Below are positions 23,601-36,642 of a DNA stretch of 64,000 nucleotides, one piece after another. The position numbers and the translations under genes were made by a program. The first letter of the stretch is position 1. The number at the start of each line of letters is the position of its first letter. The notes below the pieces were generated by a model. It made no database searches, was not told the origin of the DNA, and worked only from the letters and a program-made list of their open reading frames with translations. Source of the DNA: Macrostomum lignano (taxonomy: Eukaryota); NCBI GenBank assembly GCA_002269645.1, contig NIVC01002677.1, positions 1 to 64,000 of the forward strand, given 5' to 3'.

Positions 23601-23928
23601 TGAGAATGTGTTCGATCAGCTCGACCAGCTCAGCGGCCAGGATGACTTAGTCAAGATGCTCATGCTGGCATTGAAACTGTTCAATTCTGACACCATGCCA
23701 GCCGAGGTTCGCGGCCCAATTGAGGCTGCTCAATCTTCGTACTCTCAACTATTAAAGAAATACCTGGCCTGCAAATTCGGCGTACCCGAAGCGATGCGGG
23801 CCTATCCAAAACTGCTGCTGACATTTGTTGACATGCGCACTGTAGAGAGCAAGATGACGGACTTCACCAAACTGCTGTCTGTTGAATCTTTGAATCCGCT
23901 AGTGCGAGAGGTCACGCAGGCCAGCTGA
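20161..23928 (+). CDS. HR96: Nuclear hormone receptor, HR96/DAF-12/NHR-8 (NR1J)-like; join(20161-20605,21137-21676,22139-22632,23428-23928), ~659 aa
   Basis: C4 zinc fingers [29 protein letters not shown]...CPTCRLEKCLLVGM with the NR1J-type CESCKA P-box. LBD signature IRRIISVVKLIPSFSEVEKDSQILMLK and AF-2-like LNPLVREV. GT-AG sites are phase-compatible and total 1980 nt. Confidence 0.9.
21137..21676 (+). CDS. HR96: Nuclear receptor coding exon 2 (DNA-binding domain)
   Basis: Tandem TAGTAG acceptor (21131-21136); both zinc fingers; donor G|GTAGGC at 21677. Confidence 0.92.
21691..22086. repeat. 23-24 bp minisatellite (AATAATCGCCCCAAACTCCCCATT) in nuclear receptor intron 2
   Basis: Directly visible tandem units. 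Confidence 0.95.
22139..22632 (+). CDS. HR96: Nuclear receptor coding exon 3 (hinge and LBD helices 1-4)
   Basis: Acceptor CATTTCAG at 22138; donor AAG|GTGAGC at 22633. Confidence 0.9.
22696..23340. repeat. 29-30 bp minisatellite (GGGTCAATTGGGATTTTTATCCTTCAGGA) in nuclear receptor intron 3
   Basis: About 20 visible units. Confidence 0.93.
23428..23928 (+). CDS. HR96: Nuclear receptor coding exon 4 (LBD helices 5-12)
   Basis: The phase-0 acceptor TACTCTCCATACCAG at 23427 gives MLK|VNIYGLVILYWSF, matching the helix 4-5 register. An in-phase AG at 23412 is an alternative. Stop TGA at 23926-23928. Confidence 0.85.
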   Translation: MNIYGLVILYWSFFCKPAASSGVSLMQELAAAVSAIICSRPEASDLTPADLEQYQANAENVFDQLDQLSGQDDLVKMLMLALKLFNSDTMPAEVRGPIEAAQSSYSQLLKKYLACKFGVPEAMRAYPKLLLTFVDMRTVESKMTDFTKLLSVESLNPLVREVTQAS

Positions 23929-24494
23929 AACTGTTTTCCAAGTCCTGTTTTGTTATGTAATATCACTAATTAGCTGACGAGGCAACAATGCTATTGGTTT
24001 CTCCCGCCGTTTACCCATTAGCATCAGAGGAAATTTGTTGCGCCACAAAAAACTAGCTGATCCAATAATCTAGGGTTTCTTACTATCTCTAGTCTTTGTT
24101 TTGTTCCTTGTTGTTCGTTCTTTTTGTAATCATATTGTCTCCGAATGAATTGTTTGTGTTAATGGTTAAAGTTAATTAATCTTGCCTTAAAATTAATAGC
24201 TACATCTAACTGATCAAAAAGTTACTATATTCATAGCCTCTTGTAGTTTGTTAGCCGTAGTGTTTCAATGCCAGTTTTTTTTCATTTCTCTGTGATACAC
24301 TGATAGAAAACACGAAAAGCCCCGCTGAGAGAGTAGAAAGATCTTGACAGAAGTCCGAGGACTTTTTTTTGCCAGCAATTAAAAGCCGCCTTTAACTGTT
24401 GTTCGCTTTTATGAGTAGATGAGTGACATTGGCTAGTTTAATCTGTGTGCGTGTTGTCCCCTCTCTTCTCTCACTTCCTTGGACTTTGGCTTTA

Positions 24495-25005
24495 TTCACT
24501 TCTCCCCTCCTACATTCTCCCCTCCCCACTTCTCTCCTCTTTTCTCACCCCACTTCTCTCATCTCCTCTCTCCACTTCTCTCATCTCTTCTCACTCCACT
24601 TCTCTTATCTCTTCTCACTCCACTTCTCTCATCTCTTCTCTCTCCACTTCTCTCATCTCTTCTCTCTCCACTTCTCTCATCTCTTCTCTACCGACTTCTC
24701 TCCTCTTTTCTCACCCCACTTCTCTCATCTCTTCTCTCTCCACTTCTCTCATCTCTTCTCACCCCACTTCTCTCATCTCTTCTCTCTCCACTTCTCTCCT
24801 CTCTTCTCACCCCACTTTTTTCATCTCTTTTTTTCCCCACTTCTCTCATCTCTTCTCACCCCACTTCTCTCATATCTTCTCTCTCCACTTCTCTCTTCTC
24901 TTCTCTCTCCACTTCTCTCATCTCTTCTCTCTCCACTTCTCTCATCTCTTCTCACCCCACTTCTCTTACTCTCCCCTACCTGCTTCTCTCTTCACATCTC
25001 CCCTC
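24495..25005. repeat. Pyrimidine-rich ~24 bp minisatellite (CTCTCCACTTCTCTCATCTCTT..)
   Basis: Directly visible, downstream of the nuclear receptor stop codon. Confidence 0.93.
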
Positions 25006-25905
25006 TGCGCAGCTCCATCATCTTACAGTTTCTATTTAATTCAACAACAGACTTCCTATAAAAATCCAATCGCCTTTTGAATATATGTATAAATTCTCTT
25101 GGATAATTGTAGAGTTATTATTATTAATTTCAGTCAACAACACAGACTCTCATTTCATAACTGAGATGCTTTCAATATCTGTTTTTTTGTTTGAGAAGTT
25201 TAATTTGCTTTTCAATTTTGTCGCAACTTGAAGAGTAAATGTCCGTCAGACAATGTCTATAAACATCTATATTACAGTTTGTTTTTATTGTAATATTGGC
25301 CCAATTCATACTACTCGCACTAAGTAGCAAAGTCGAAGCATTATATTTGTTAGATAGGAGAATTCGCTTATATTCACAGCCAGTGCTTTGCTTAGTCTTT
25401 TTTTGTCCCCTATCTTTGTTAAACTTTGTTAAAAATAATATTCGTTAACTTACACAAACCCAGCCCAGTTTACTAGTAGTAGCAAGTCGTGGTTTTTTAG
25501 GCATTTTTTTCTTTACTCGTTGTGCATATGTAGTCTTGTGTATGCCGGCTGCAAATTATAATTTAGCAACCGTCTCTATTGTTCTGTCTTGTCTATACTC
25601 TATTGGTTGCATATTATATATAGTTAATATTATAGCATTAACTACCTGTAGTATTGACTTGCAAATAGGTATTGCCCTATTCGTGTTTTGTTAAATGAGT
25701 ACTCAGACTCCACTGATGAAGCATCGACTGTGCACAGACTATCGGAGTTGAGTTGCTTTAATATTAAACTGATTCAGATAGCCGCTATGAGCTTATTAAC
25801 TGTTGTCTGGCCTTCTCTGTGTCTCATTGTTAATTGCTGGGATCTACCAGGTTCCGCCTGAGAGGAAAAGACTGGGCTTTCTGGTGCGACGCTATCGATA
25901 AATTA

Positions 25906-26400
25906 AGGAATAGAATGGATTGCTAATCTAGCCTACATCAATAAATGCAGGAATAGAATGGATTGCTAATCTAGCCTACATCAATAAATGAAGGAATAGA
26001 ATGGATTGCTAATCTAGCCTACATCAATAAATGAAGGAATAGAATGGATTGCTAATCTAGCCTACATCAATAAATGAAGGAATAGAATGGATTGCTAATC
26101 TAGCCTACATCAATAAATGAAGGAATAGAATGGATTGCTAATCTAGCCTACATCAATAAATGAAGGAATAGAATGGATTGCTAGTCTAGCCTACATCAAT
26201 AATGAAGGAATAGAATGGATTGCTAATCTAGCCTACATCAATAAATGAAGGAATAGAATGGATTGCTAATCTAGCCTACATCAATGAATGCAGGAATAGA
26301 ATGGATTGCTAATCTAGCCTACATCAATAAATGAAGGAATAGAATGGATTGCTAATCTAGCCTACATCAATAAATGCAGGAAAAGAATGGATTGCTAATC
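25906..26400. repeat. 43-bp tandem repeat (AAGGAATAGAATGGATTGCTAATCTAGCCTACATCAATAAATG), ~11 copies
   Basis: Near-identical units with no spacers. Confidence 0.96.
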
Positions 26401-26840
26401 TGATCGCGGCCGCCTGAGTTCACTTCTTTTCTCCAAGGTTTACCCGGAAGAGGCTCCCGCAGTCTGCGGTTTCCCTTTGACTTTCCAGCGCTAGCGGCCT
26501 GCGGAAAAAACCAGCTGCTGCTCTGGCTAATTAACTCTTTGCGCGACGGGATCGCAAATTCCTCGTCTCAGATGGGATCCAGGCATTGGCCATTGGCCAG
26601 CCCCTGGAGCAACTTAATCTGCTGCTAATTGCGCGTGTTTTTCTTTGATCTTGCTGGCCCGGCCTGTTTTGGCTAAGTTTTTAAGTCTTTACCTGATTAA
26701 AATTGATCGGCAACGTACACATGTTGTTGGTGCTGGATTTTAACTCCAAGTGACGATCCAATTCTCTCCAGAATTAGCCTTTTGAAGGCAAACATTTATT
26801 TTGAGTTGGTTAATCAGAGAGTGTTCTGCCACTCAAAGAG

Positions 26841-27277
26841 GGTGCTGCATGCTCAGAGAGGGCGCTGGATGCTCAGAGAGGGTGCTGCATACTCAGAGAG
26901 GGTGCTGGATGCTCAGAGAGAGTGCTGCATGCTCAGAGAGGGTGCTACATGCTTAGAGAGGGTGCTGCATGCTCAGAGAGGGTGCTACAGGCTTAGAGAG
27001 GGTGCTGCATGCTCAGAGAGGGTGCTGCATGCTCAGAGAGGGTTCTAAATGCTCAGAGAGAGTGATGCAAGCTCAGGGAGGGCGCTGCATGCTCAGAGAG
27101 GGTGCTGCATGCTCAGAGAGGGTGCTGGATGCTCAGAGAGGGTGCTGGATGCTCAGAGAGGGCGCTGCATGCTCAGAGAGGGTGCTACATGCTTAGAGAG
27201 GGTGCTGCATGCTCAGAGAGGGTTCTAAATGCTCAGAGAGAGTGATGCAAGCTCAGGGAGGGCGCTGCATGCTCAGA
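26841..27277. repeat. 20-bp tandem repeat (GCTCAGAGAGGGTGCTGCAT)
   Basis: About 22 visible units. Confidence 0.95.
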
Positions 27278-27999
27278 AAGGTCCCTTGCTATTCTGGAGA
27301 CTGCTGCTTTTATTGGAAATAAACTTTTTACCTTGTAGCGATAAGGAAGGCAAAGTCATGCAGAGGGAGCTTCAACAGGGATTATTTATTAACTTTTAAT
27401 CCCAAAGCAGATGGACATTTGCGGTGAGAGCCGGCCTTTCACGCAATGTCAATTTTCATGCTTGCTGTCAAGCCCTCAAGGCCGCTTCCGTAGTAGACAA
27501 GGAGGTTTTGGACGCGCGCATCCCGGATTGAAGATCGAGTTTCCGCCCCAGAGACCGCATCTGGAAGTCGTCGCCCCGGCTATGCAACGCAAAAAACAAT
27601 GATAAAATTACTGCTTTGGCACAGAGCAGGAAATACAGCACTTGAGCGGAAGCAGATTGCTGGCTGGGTGATGCAGCGCACGCTGGAGGCGGAGGCTGTG
27701 ACAGCCGCAAGTCACGCGATTTCAAAATATTTCTCTCCCAGATGCCCCATGAATTTGCCGGATGTTGCGCAGATCCGGTAGATCCTTGCCTAGCTGGCTG
27801 CCTTGGTGACCCCCGCCACGGATGAGGACACCCACTTGGAGTTTTTATTGGCTTCGGATTTCTTATGACTGCACAATGACTCAGCCTGCTGCATGCAGCA
27901 GCAGATCGGGGTCTGCTTGCGTGCTTTGAAAATTTCACTGTCAGTTGTACGACTTGATGTTGCTTTTCAGCGTTGCTTTTCTCCCTATCGTCCATTTTT

Positions 28000-30900
28000 T
28001 GTATCTATCAATGCATTTGTCCGCTCTCTATGTGTCTCTATTAAGGTATTTTTCCACTTTCTCAATGTCTCTATCAATGCATTTGTCCACTCTGTGTCTT
28101 TACAAAGGCATTTGTTAACTTTCTCCGTGTCTCTATCAATGCATTTCTCCACTTTCTCCGTGTCTCTATCAATGCATTTGTCCACTTTCTCTGTGTCTCT
28201 ATCAATGCATTTGTCCACTTTCTCTGTGTCTCTATCAATGCATTTGTCCACTCTCTTTGTGTCTCTATCAATGCATTTGTCCACTTTCTCCATGTCTCTA
28301 TCAATGCATTTGTCCACTTTCTCCATGTCTCTATCAATGCATTTGTCCACTTTCTCTGTGTCTCTATCAATGCATTTGTCCACTTTCTCTGTGTCTCTAT
28401 CAATGCATTTGTCCACTTTCTCCATGTCTCTATCAATGCATTTGTCCACTTTCTCTGTGTCTCTATCAATGCATTTGTCCACTTTCTCTGTGTCTCTATC
28501 AATGCATTTGTCCACTTTCTCCATGTCTCTATCAATGCATTTGTCCACTTTCTCCGTGTCTCTATCAATGCATTTGTCCACTTTCTCTGTGTCTCTATCA
28601 ATGCATTTGTCCACTTTCTCCGTGTCTCTATCAATGCATTTGTCCACTTTCTCTGTGTCTCTATCAATGCATTTGTCCACTTTCTCCGTGTCTCTATCAA
28701 TGCATTTGTCCACTTTCTCTGTGTCTCTATCAATGCATTTGTCCACTTTCTCCGTGTCTCTATCAATGCATTTGTCCACTTTCTCTGTGTCTCTATCAAT
28801 GCATTTGTCCACTTTCTCCATGTCTCTATTAATGCATTTGTCCACTTTCTCTGTGTCTCTATCAATGCATTTGTCCACTTTCTCCGTGTCTCTATCAATG
28901 CATTTGTCCACTTTCTCCGTGTCTCTATCAATGCATTTGTCCACTCTGTGTCTTTACAAAGGCATTTGTTAACTTTCTCCATGTCTCTATCAATGCATTT
29001 GTCCACTTTCTCCATGTCTCTATCAATGCATTTGTCCACTTTCTCCGTGTCTCTATCAATGCATTTGTCCACTCTGTGTCTCTATCAATGCATTTGTCCA
29101 CTCTGTGTCTTTACAAAGGCATTTGTTAACTTTCTCCATGTCTCTATCAATGCATTTGTCCACTTTCTCCATGTCTCTATCAATGCATTTGTCCACTTTC
29201 TCAGTGTTTCTATCAATGCATTTGTCCACTTTCTCCGTGTCTCTATCAATGCATTTGTCCACTTTCTCCGTGTTTCTATCAATGCATTTGTCCACTTTCT
29301 CCGTGTCTCTATCAATGCATTTGTCCACTCTGTGTCTCTATCAATGCATTTGTCCACTTTCTCCATGTCTCTATCAATGCATTTGTCCACTTTCTCCATG
29401 TCTCTATCAATGCATTTGTCCACTTTCTCCGTGTCTCTATCAATGCATTTGTCCACTTTCTCCATGTCTCTATCAATGCATTTGTCCACTTTCTCAATGT
29501 CTCTATCAATGCATTTGTCCACTTTCTCCATGTCTCTATCAATGCATTTGTCCACTTTCTCAATGTCTCTATCAATGCATTTGTCCACTTTCTCCATGTC
29601 TCTATCAATGCATTTGTCCACTCTGTGTCTTTACAAAGGCATTTGTTAACTTTCTCCATGTCTCTATCAATGCATTTGTCCACTTTCTCCGTGTCTCTAT
29701 CAATGCATTTGTCCACTTTCTCCGTGTTTCTATCAATGCATTTGTCCACTTTCTCCGTGTCTCTATCAATGCATTTGTCCACTCTGTGTCTTTACAAAGG
29801 CATTTGTTAACTTTCTCCATGTCTCTATCAATGCATTTGTCCACTTTCTCCATGTCTCTATCAATGCATTTGTCCACTTTCTCCGTGTCTCTATCAATGC
29901 ATTTGTCCACTCTGTGTCTCTATCAATGCATTTGTCCACTCTGTGTCTTTACAAAGGCATTTGTTAACTTTCTCCGTGTCTCTATCAATGCATTTGTCCA
30001 CTTTCTCCATGTCTCTATCAATGCATTTGTCCACTTTCTCCGTGTCTCTATCAATGCATTTGTCCACTTTCTCCGTGTCTCTATCAATGCATTTGTCCAC
30101 TCTGTGTCTTTACAAAGGCATTTGTTAACTTTCTCCATGTCTCTATCAATGCATTTGTCCACTTTCTCCGTGTCTCTATCAATGCATTTGTCCACTTTCT
30201 CCGTGTTTCTATCAATGCATTTGTCCACTTTCTCCGTGTTTCTATCAATGCATTTGTCCACTCTGTGTCTTTACAAAGGCATTTGTTAACTTTCTCCATG
30301 TCTCTATCAATGCATTTGTCCACTCTGTGTCTTTACAAAGGCATTTGTTAACTTTCTCCATGTCTCTATCAATGCATTTGTCCACTTTCTCCATGTCTCT
30401 ATCAATGCATTTGTCCACTTTCTCCGTGTCTCTATCAATGCATTTGTCCACTCTGTGTCTTTACAAAGGCATTTGTTAACTTTCTCCATGTCTCTATCAA
30501 TGCATTTGTCCACTTTCTCCGTGTCTCTATCAATGCATTTGTCCACTTTCTCCGTGTTTCTATCAATGCATTTGTCCACTTTCTCCGTGTTTCTATCAAT
30601 GCATTTGTCCACTTTCTCCATGTCTCTATCAATGCATTTGTCCACTTTCTCCATGTCTCTATCAATGCATTTGTACACTTTCTCCATGTCTCTATCAATG
30701 CATTTGTCCACTTTCTCAGTGTCTCTATCAATCCATTTGTCCACTTTCTCCATGTCTCTATCAATGCATTTGTCCACTTTCTCCGTGTCTCTATCAATGC
30801 ATTTGTCCACTCTGTGTCTTTACAAAGGCATTTGTTAACTTTCTCCATGTCTCTATCAATGCATTTGTCCACTTTCTCCGTGTCTCTATCAATGCATTTG

Positions 30901-33648
30901 TCCACTTTCTCCGTGTTTCTATCAATGCATTTGTCCACTTTCTCCATGTCTCTATCAATGCATTTGTCCACTTTCTCCATGTCTCTATCAATGCATTTGT
31001 CCACTTTCTCCGTGTCTCTATCAATGCATTTGTCCACTCTGTGTCTTTACAAAGGCATTTGTTAACTTTCTCCATGTCTCTATCAATACATTTGTCCACT
31101 TTCTCCGTGTCTCTATCAATGCATTTGTCCACTTTCTGCATGTCTCTATCAATGCATTTGTCCACTTTCTCCGTGTTTCTATCAATGCATTTGTCCACTC
31201 TGTGTCTTTACAAAGGCATTTGTTAACTTTCTCCATGTCTCTATCAATGCATTTGTCCACTTTCTCCGTGTCTCTATCAATGCATTTGTCCACTTTCTCC
31301 GTGTCTCTATCAATGCATTTGTCCACTTTCTCCATGTCTCTATCAATGCATTAGTCCACTTTCTCCGTGTCTCTATCAATGCATTTGTCCACTCTGTGTC
31401 TTTACAAAGGCATTTGTTAACTTTCTCCATGTCTCTATCAATGCATTTGTCCACTTTCTCCATGTCTCTATCAATGCATTTGTCCACTTTCTCCATGTCT
31501 CTATCAATGCATTTGTCCACTTTCTCCGTGTCTCTATCAATGCATTTGTCCACTCTGTGTCTTTACAAAGGCATTTGTTAACTTTCTCCATGTCTCTATC
31601 AATGCATTTGTCCACTTTCTCCATGTCTCTATCAATGCATTTGTCCACTTTCTCAGTGTTTCTATCAATGCATTTGTCCACTTTCTCCGTGTTTCTATCA
31701 ATGCATTTGTCCACTTTCTCCGTGTTTCTATCAATGCATTTGTCCACTTTCTCCGTGTTTCTATCAATGCATTTGTCCACTTTCTCAGTGTTTCTATCAA
31801 TGCATTTGTCCACTCTGTGTCTTTACAAAGGCATTTGTTAACTTTCTCCATGTCTCTATCAATGCATTTGTCCACTTTCTCCATGTCTCTATCAATGCAT
31901 TTGTCCACTTTCTCCGTGTCTCTATCAATGCATTTGTCCACTTTCTCAGTGTTTCTATCAATGCATTTGTCCACTTTCTCCGTGTTTCTATCAATGCATT
32001 TGTCCACTTTCTCCGTGTTTCTATCAATGCATTTGTCCACTCTGTGTCTTTACAAAGGCATTTGTTAACTTTCTCCATGTCTCTATCAATGCATTTGTCC
32101 ACTTTCTCCATGTCTCTATCAATGCATTTGTCCACTTTCTCCGTGTCTCTATCAATGCATTTGTCCACTTTCTCCATGTCTCTATCAATGCATTTGTCCA
32201 CTTTCTCCGTGTCTCTTTCAATGCATTTGTCCACTTTCTCCATGTCTCTATCAATGCATTTGTCCACTTTCTCCGTGTCTCTATCAATGCATTTGTCCAC
32301 TTTCTCCGTGTTTCTATCAATGCATTTGTCCACTTTCTCCGTGTTTCTATCAATGCATTTGTCCACTTTCTCCGTGTTTCTATCAATGCATTTGTCCACT
32401 TTCTCCGTGTTTCTATCAATGCATTTGTCTACTTTCTCAGTGTTTCTATCAATGCATTTGTCCACTCTGTGTCTTTACAAAGGCATTTGTTAACTTTCTC
32501 CATGTCTCTATCAATGCATTTGTCCACTTTCTCCATGTCTCTATCAATGCATTTGTCCACTTTCTCCATGTCTCTATCAATGCATTTGTCCACTTTCTCC
32601 ATGTCTCTATCAATGCATTTGTCCACTTTCTCCGTGTCTCTATCAATGCATTTGTCCACTTTCTCCATGTCTCTATCAATGCATTTGTCCACTTTCTCCG
32701 TGTCTCTATCAATGCATTTGTCCACTTTCTCCATGTCTCTATCAATGCATTTGTCCACTTTCTCCATGTCTCTATCAATGCATTTGTCCACTTTCTCAAT
32801 GTCTCTATCAATGCATTTGTCCACTTTCTCCATGTCTCTATCAATGCATTTGTCCACTTTCTCCATGTCTCTATCAATGCATTTGTCCACTTTCTCAATG
32901 TCTCTATCAATGCATTTGTCCACTTTCTCCATGTCTCTATCAATGCATTTGTCCACTTTCTCCGTGTCTCTATCAATGCATTTGTCCACTCTGTGTCTTT
33001 ACAAAGGCATTTGTTAACTTTCTCCATGTCTCTATCAATACATTTGTCCACTTTCTCCGTGTCTCTATCAATGCATTTGTCCACTTTCTGCATGTCTCTA
33101 TCAATGCATTTGTCCACTTTCTCCGTGTCTCTATCAATGCATTTGTCCACTCTGTGTCTTTACAAAGGCATTTGTTAACTTTCTCCATGTCTCTATCAAT
33201 GCATTTGTCCACTTTCTCCGTGTCTCTATCAATGCATTTGTCCACTTTCTCCGTGTTTCTATCAATGCATTTGTCCACTTTCTCCGTGTCTCTATCAATG
33301 CATTTGTCCACTTTCTCCGTGTCTCTATCAATGCATTTGTCCACTTTCTCCATGTCTCTATCAATGCATTTGTCCACTTTCTCCGTGTCTCTATCAATGC
33401 ATTTGTCCACTTTCTCCGTGTCTCTATCAATGCATTTGTCCACTTTCTCCGTGTCTTTACAAAGGCATTTGTTAACTTTCTCCATGTCTCTATCAATGCA
33501 TTTGTCCACTTTCTCCGTGTCTCTATTAATGCATTTGTCCACTTTCTCCGTGTCTCTATCAATGCATTTGTCCACTTTCTCCGTGTCTCTATCAATGCAT
33601 TTGTCCACTTTCTCCATGTCTCTATGAATGCATTTGTCCACTTTCTCT
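28000..33648. repeat. 5.6 kb satellite of 33-bp units (GTCTCTATCAATGCATTTGTCCACTTTCTCC(A/G)T) with a recurring variant block
   Basis: About 170 monomers. Source of all the SLSMHLSTF / DKCIDRDTEKV / WTNALIET ORFs. Confidence 0.98.
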
Positions 33649-34255
33649 GTATGTCTTCACAGCATTTTTGCATATCCTGTTCCTTTAGACTCGTAATAGA
33701 TCTGGCAAGACCCCATTGCAACTCAGCACAGCCTACCGTTAAGTTTTATACGTTGAAAAAAGATTTATCATTTTAGCTAATTAGCATCAGACAGAGACAC
33801 TTCGGATCTGGTGGCAGTAAGAGCATTTTACCGTGTTATATTTTTCTCAGAGCCAGCAGGCTGTGGGGGTGATAATTAGGAACACAGTGAGAAACCTGCA
33901 GCCCATATTGATTGACAGAACAACGCGCTGGATGAGGCTGCAGAAGCTGCAGGGCCAAAGCCTCATCCCGCTCTCACCTCAGTGACTTCACTAAGCCAAG
34001 CCTGTCTTTCAATTGCAAACGAGGACAGCATTAGCACACAACAGGCATGGGGGCTGGGGCCGACTCTGCTCCGGCATAATGAATGTGGATTGCCTGCCAC
34101 GACCGGCGGCCCGATTTACGCACTGATGACGACGGATTTGGCCAGACTGACTTCATTAGCCTCGTTCAGATGCTGCACTGCGGCTGCGGAGATCGCGCTC
34201 AGGGCGTTGCACTGCATGAGCACCTCAGCAGCCTGGACTTCCCTTGATTTTCGTC

Positions 34256-34860
34256 TCTGCTTCCTTCATCTCCGTCTCTCCCTTCATCTCCGTCTCTCCC
34301 TTCCCTTCTTGTACGTCTCTCTCCTCCCTTCATCTCCGTCTCTTCCCTCCCTTCATCTCCATCTCTTCCTTTCTTTCATCTCTATCTCTCCCCTCCCTTC
34401 ATCTCCGTCTCTTCCCTCCCTTCATCTCCGTCTCTCCCTTCCCTTCTTGTACGTCTCTCTCCTCCCTTCATCTCCGTCTCTTCCCTCCCTTCATCTCCAT
34501 CTCTTCCTTTCTTTCATCTCTATCTCTCCCCTCCCTTCATCTCCGTCTCTTCCCTCCCTTCATCTCTGTCTCTCACTTCCCTTCATCTCTGTCTCTCACT
34601 TCCCTTCATCTCTGTCTCTCACTTCCCTTCATCTCCGTCTCTCCCCTCCCTTCATCTCCGTCTCTCACTTCCCTTCATCTCCGTCTCTCCCCTCCCTTCA
34701 TCTCCGTCTCTCCCCTCCCTTCATGTCCGTCTCTACCCTCCCTTCATCTCTGTCTCTCACTTCCCTTCTTCTCCGTCTCTCACTTCCTTTCATCTTCGTC
34801 TCTCCCCACCCTTCATCTCCGTCTCTCCCCTCCCTCCTTCTCCGTCTTGTCCCTCCCCTC
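34256..34860. repeat. CT-rich minisatellite (CTTCCCTTCATCTCCGTCTCTC-like)
   Basis: Directly visible. Confidence 0.9.
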
Positions 34861-35544
34861 CCCTCCCGCTCACGTTCTTATTCTAACTCTCCCTTCCACA
34901 GCCTGCTCTGCCATCTGGCCGTCTTTAAGAGGAAGAAACAAAAAAACAAGAAGAAGGAGGGAAGCGGCACTGCAGGCACACACTGTACTGAGCATCCTTA
35001 TCCAGGAGAGAGAGTTGCAGATCAGCTTCACCATGGCTATCGTGCGGCTCGGTCACGCGCCAGGCACAGATTAATGTTATGTTAATAATCAATGCCGCTG
35101 GATGCGGCAGTTCTCACGTTTCTTTGTTTCTTGATAAATTCTGCCTGGCGATTCTGGCACCCCTCAACACGCGAGAATTCCGACCTGGAAACTAGGCAGC
35201 AGGGGAAGCTTTCATCGGGCTCTGATTGGCTGGCTTCGCATCGTCCACTAGAAAAAGCCCAAGCTGAATACCAAGCCACTATGATATCGCTCGCTCTCTG
35301 TGTGTCTTCTGCCGCCAAAGAAACAAAAGCAGACAAGAAGCAAAATATCTCCGAGCCGACAACTGCCAGCTGAGCGAGGTCGGACTTGACAACTAAATTC
35401 CAGAATCTGATGAGGAACTGGACAGCACGATATTGACGGTGAGAAACTGTGGCGACATCATTCCTGCTGAGAATCGCTGAGGTCTGTCCTCCATCAGTCG
35501 GAGCTCAGGAGCTGCTAGCGGTGACTCCATCTAACCCCATCACC

Positions 35545-35790
35545 GGTGCTATCCCCTCCGGTGTTACCATCTCACCGGTGCTATCCCCTCTCCGGTGTTA
35601 CCCTCTCGCCAGTGCAAACGATGCTAACCCCTTACCGGTGTTATCCCCTCTCCGGTGTTACCCTCTCGCCAGTGCAAACCCCTCACCCGATGCTACCCCT
35701 TACCGGTGCTATCCCCTCTCCGGTGCCACGCCCTTACCGGTGCCTCCCCCTCACCGGTGCCTCCCCCTCACCGGTGCTACCCCTCCCCGG
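35545..35790. repeat. Short degenerate repeat (ACCGGTG(C/T)TA(T)CCCCTC)
   Basis: About 11 CCGGTG-containing units. Confidence 0.85.
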
Positions 35791-36394
35791 TGCCTCAGCG
35801 GAATGTTAAAGCCAACTCATTCCTTTTCAAGCCCGAGCAGTGAGCAGCGGGCACAATTAACGCACAAATTGACACACAGAACTCCTTTCGTGGCCCAGGG
35901 GGCTCGGGTAAGAGCACGAATGTAAATAGCATTAAAATATTTTTTCATGTCGCGCTTATCACTCAGGCTGATCCGCTCGTATTCCCGACAGGGGAAAGGG
36001 GCGAAATCTTCCCTCCATCCTTCACACCCCATCCGTCCCAGTCGATCAGTCAGGCCAGCGCTCGGTTTAGCAGGGTACTGGGGGATTACCGCTAAGCTCA
36101 AACTAAGCTCAGGCCGCACTGGCAAAGGCAGGAGAATCGCGCCTGGTAAAAAAGAGAAACAGGACTAAAGGATATTTTCCTTTAGTTTCTACTACTGGCT
36201 GGCCCAGCTATCAATCCGAGCGGATTGCGGATCCCATTAGTGCGGCCGCAGCTGCCCGGCAAGGAATCCCCAAGCGTTCCAGTCGAATTCTTTAGCGAGG
36301 GCGTCAAGTTTGCTCCCTTCTCTAGGGTGCAATGTATAAGGCAATGCAAAAAAGAAGGTTATACTCGTAAACTAGCTCGCAGCATTTAGTTAGT

Positions 36395-36590
36395 CCAGCA
36401 GCCACCCCACTCCCTGCCCTAGTCCTGCAGCCACCCCACTCCCTGCCCCAGTCCTGCAGCCACCCCACTCCCTGCCCCAGTCCTGCAGCCACCCCACTCC
36501 CTGCCCCAGTCCAGCAGCCACCCCACTCCCTGCCCCAGTCCAGCAGCCACCCCACTCCCTGCCCTAGTCCTGTAACCACCCCACTCCCTT
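36395..36590. repeat. 29-bp minisatellite (CAGCAGCCACCCCACTCCCTGCCCCAGTC) just upstream of the acceptor at 36604
   Basis: About 7 visible units. Confidence 0.93.
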
Positions 36591-36642
36591 GCATTTTCCC
36601 GCAGACCCAGCAGATGATCGACAGCAGCTCAGCAACAAGAAA

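Noticed and set aside
25906-26400. Regular 30-45 bp arrays here and elsewhere superficially resembling CRISPR arrays
   Set aside because: Units are head-to-tail with no unique spacers, there are no cas genes, and the DNA is eukaryotic.
27893-33721. Dozens of 60-394 aa ORFs on both strands (SLSMHLSTF, DKCIDRDTEKV, WTNALIET)
   Set aside because: Translations of the stop-free 33-bp satellite; no splice or coding context.
33982-35373. Long ORFs (367, 276, 93 aa) and an exon-like segment after CCACAG at about 34900
   Set aside because: Mostly CT-repeat translation. No domain recognised and no compatible upstream donor found; could be 5' UTR exons of AChE.
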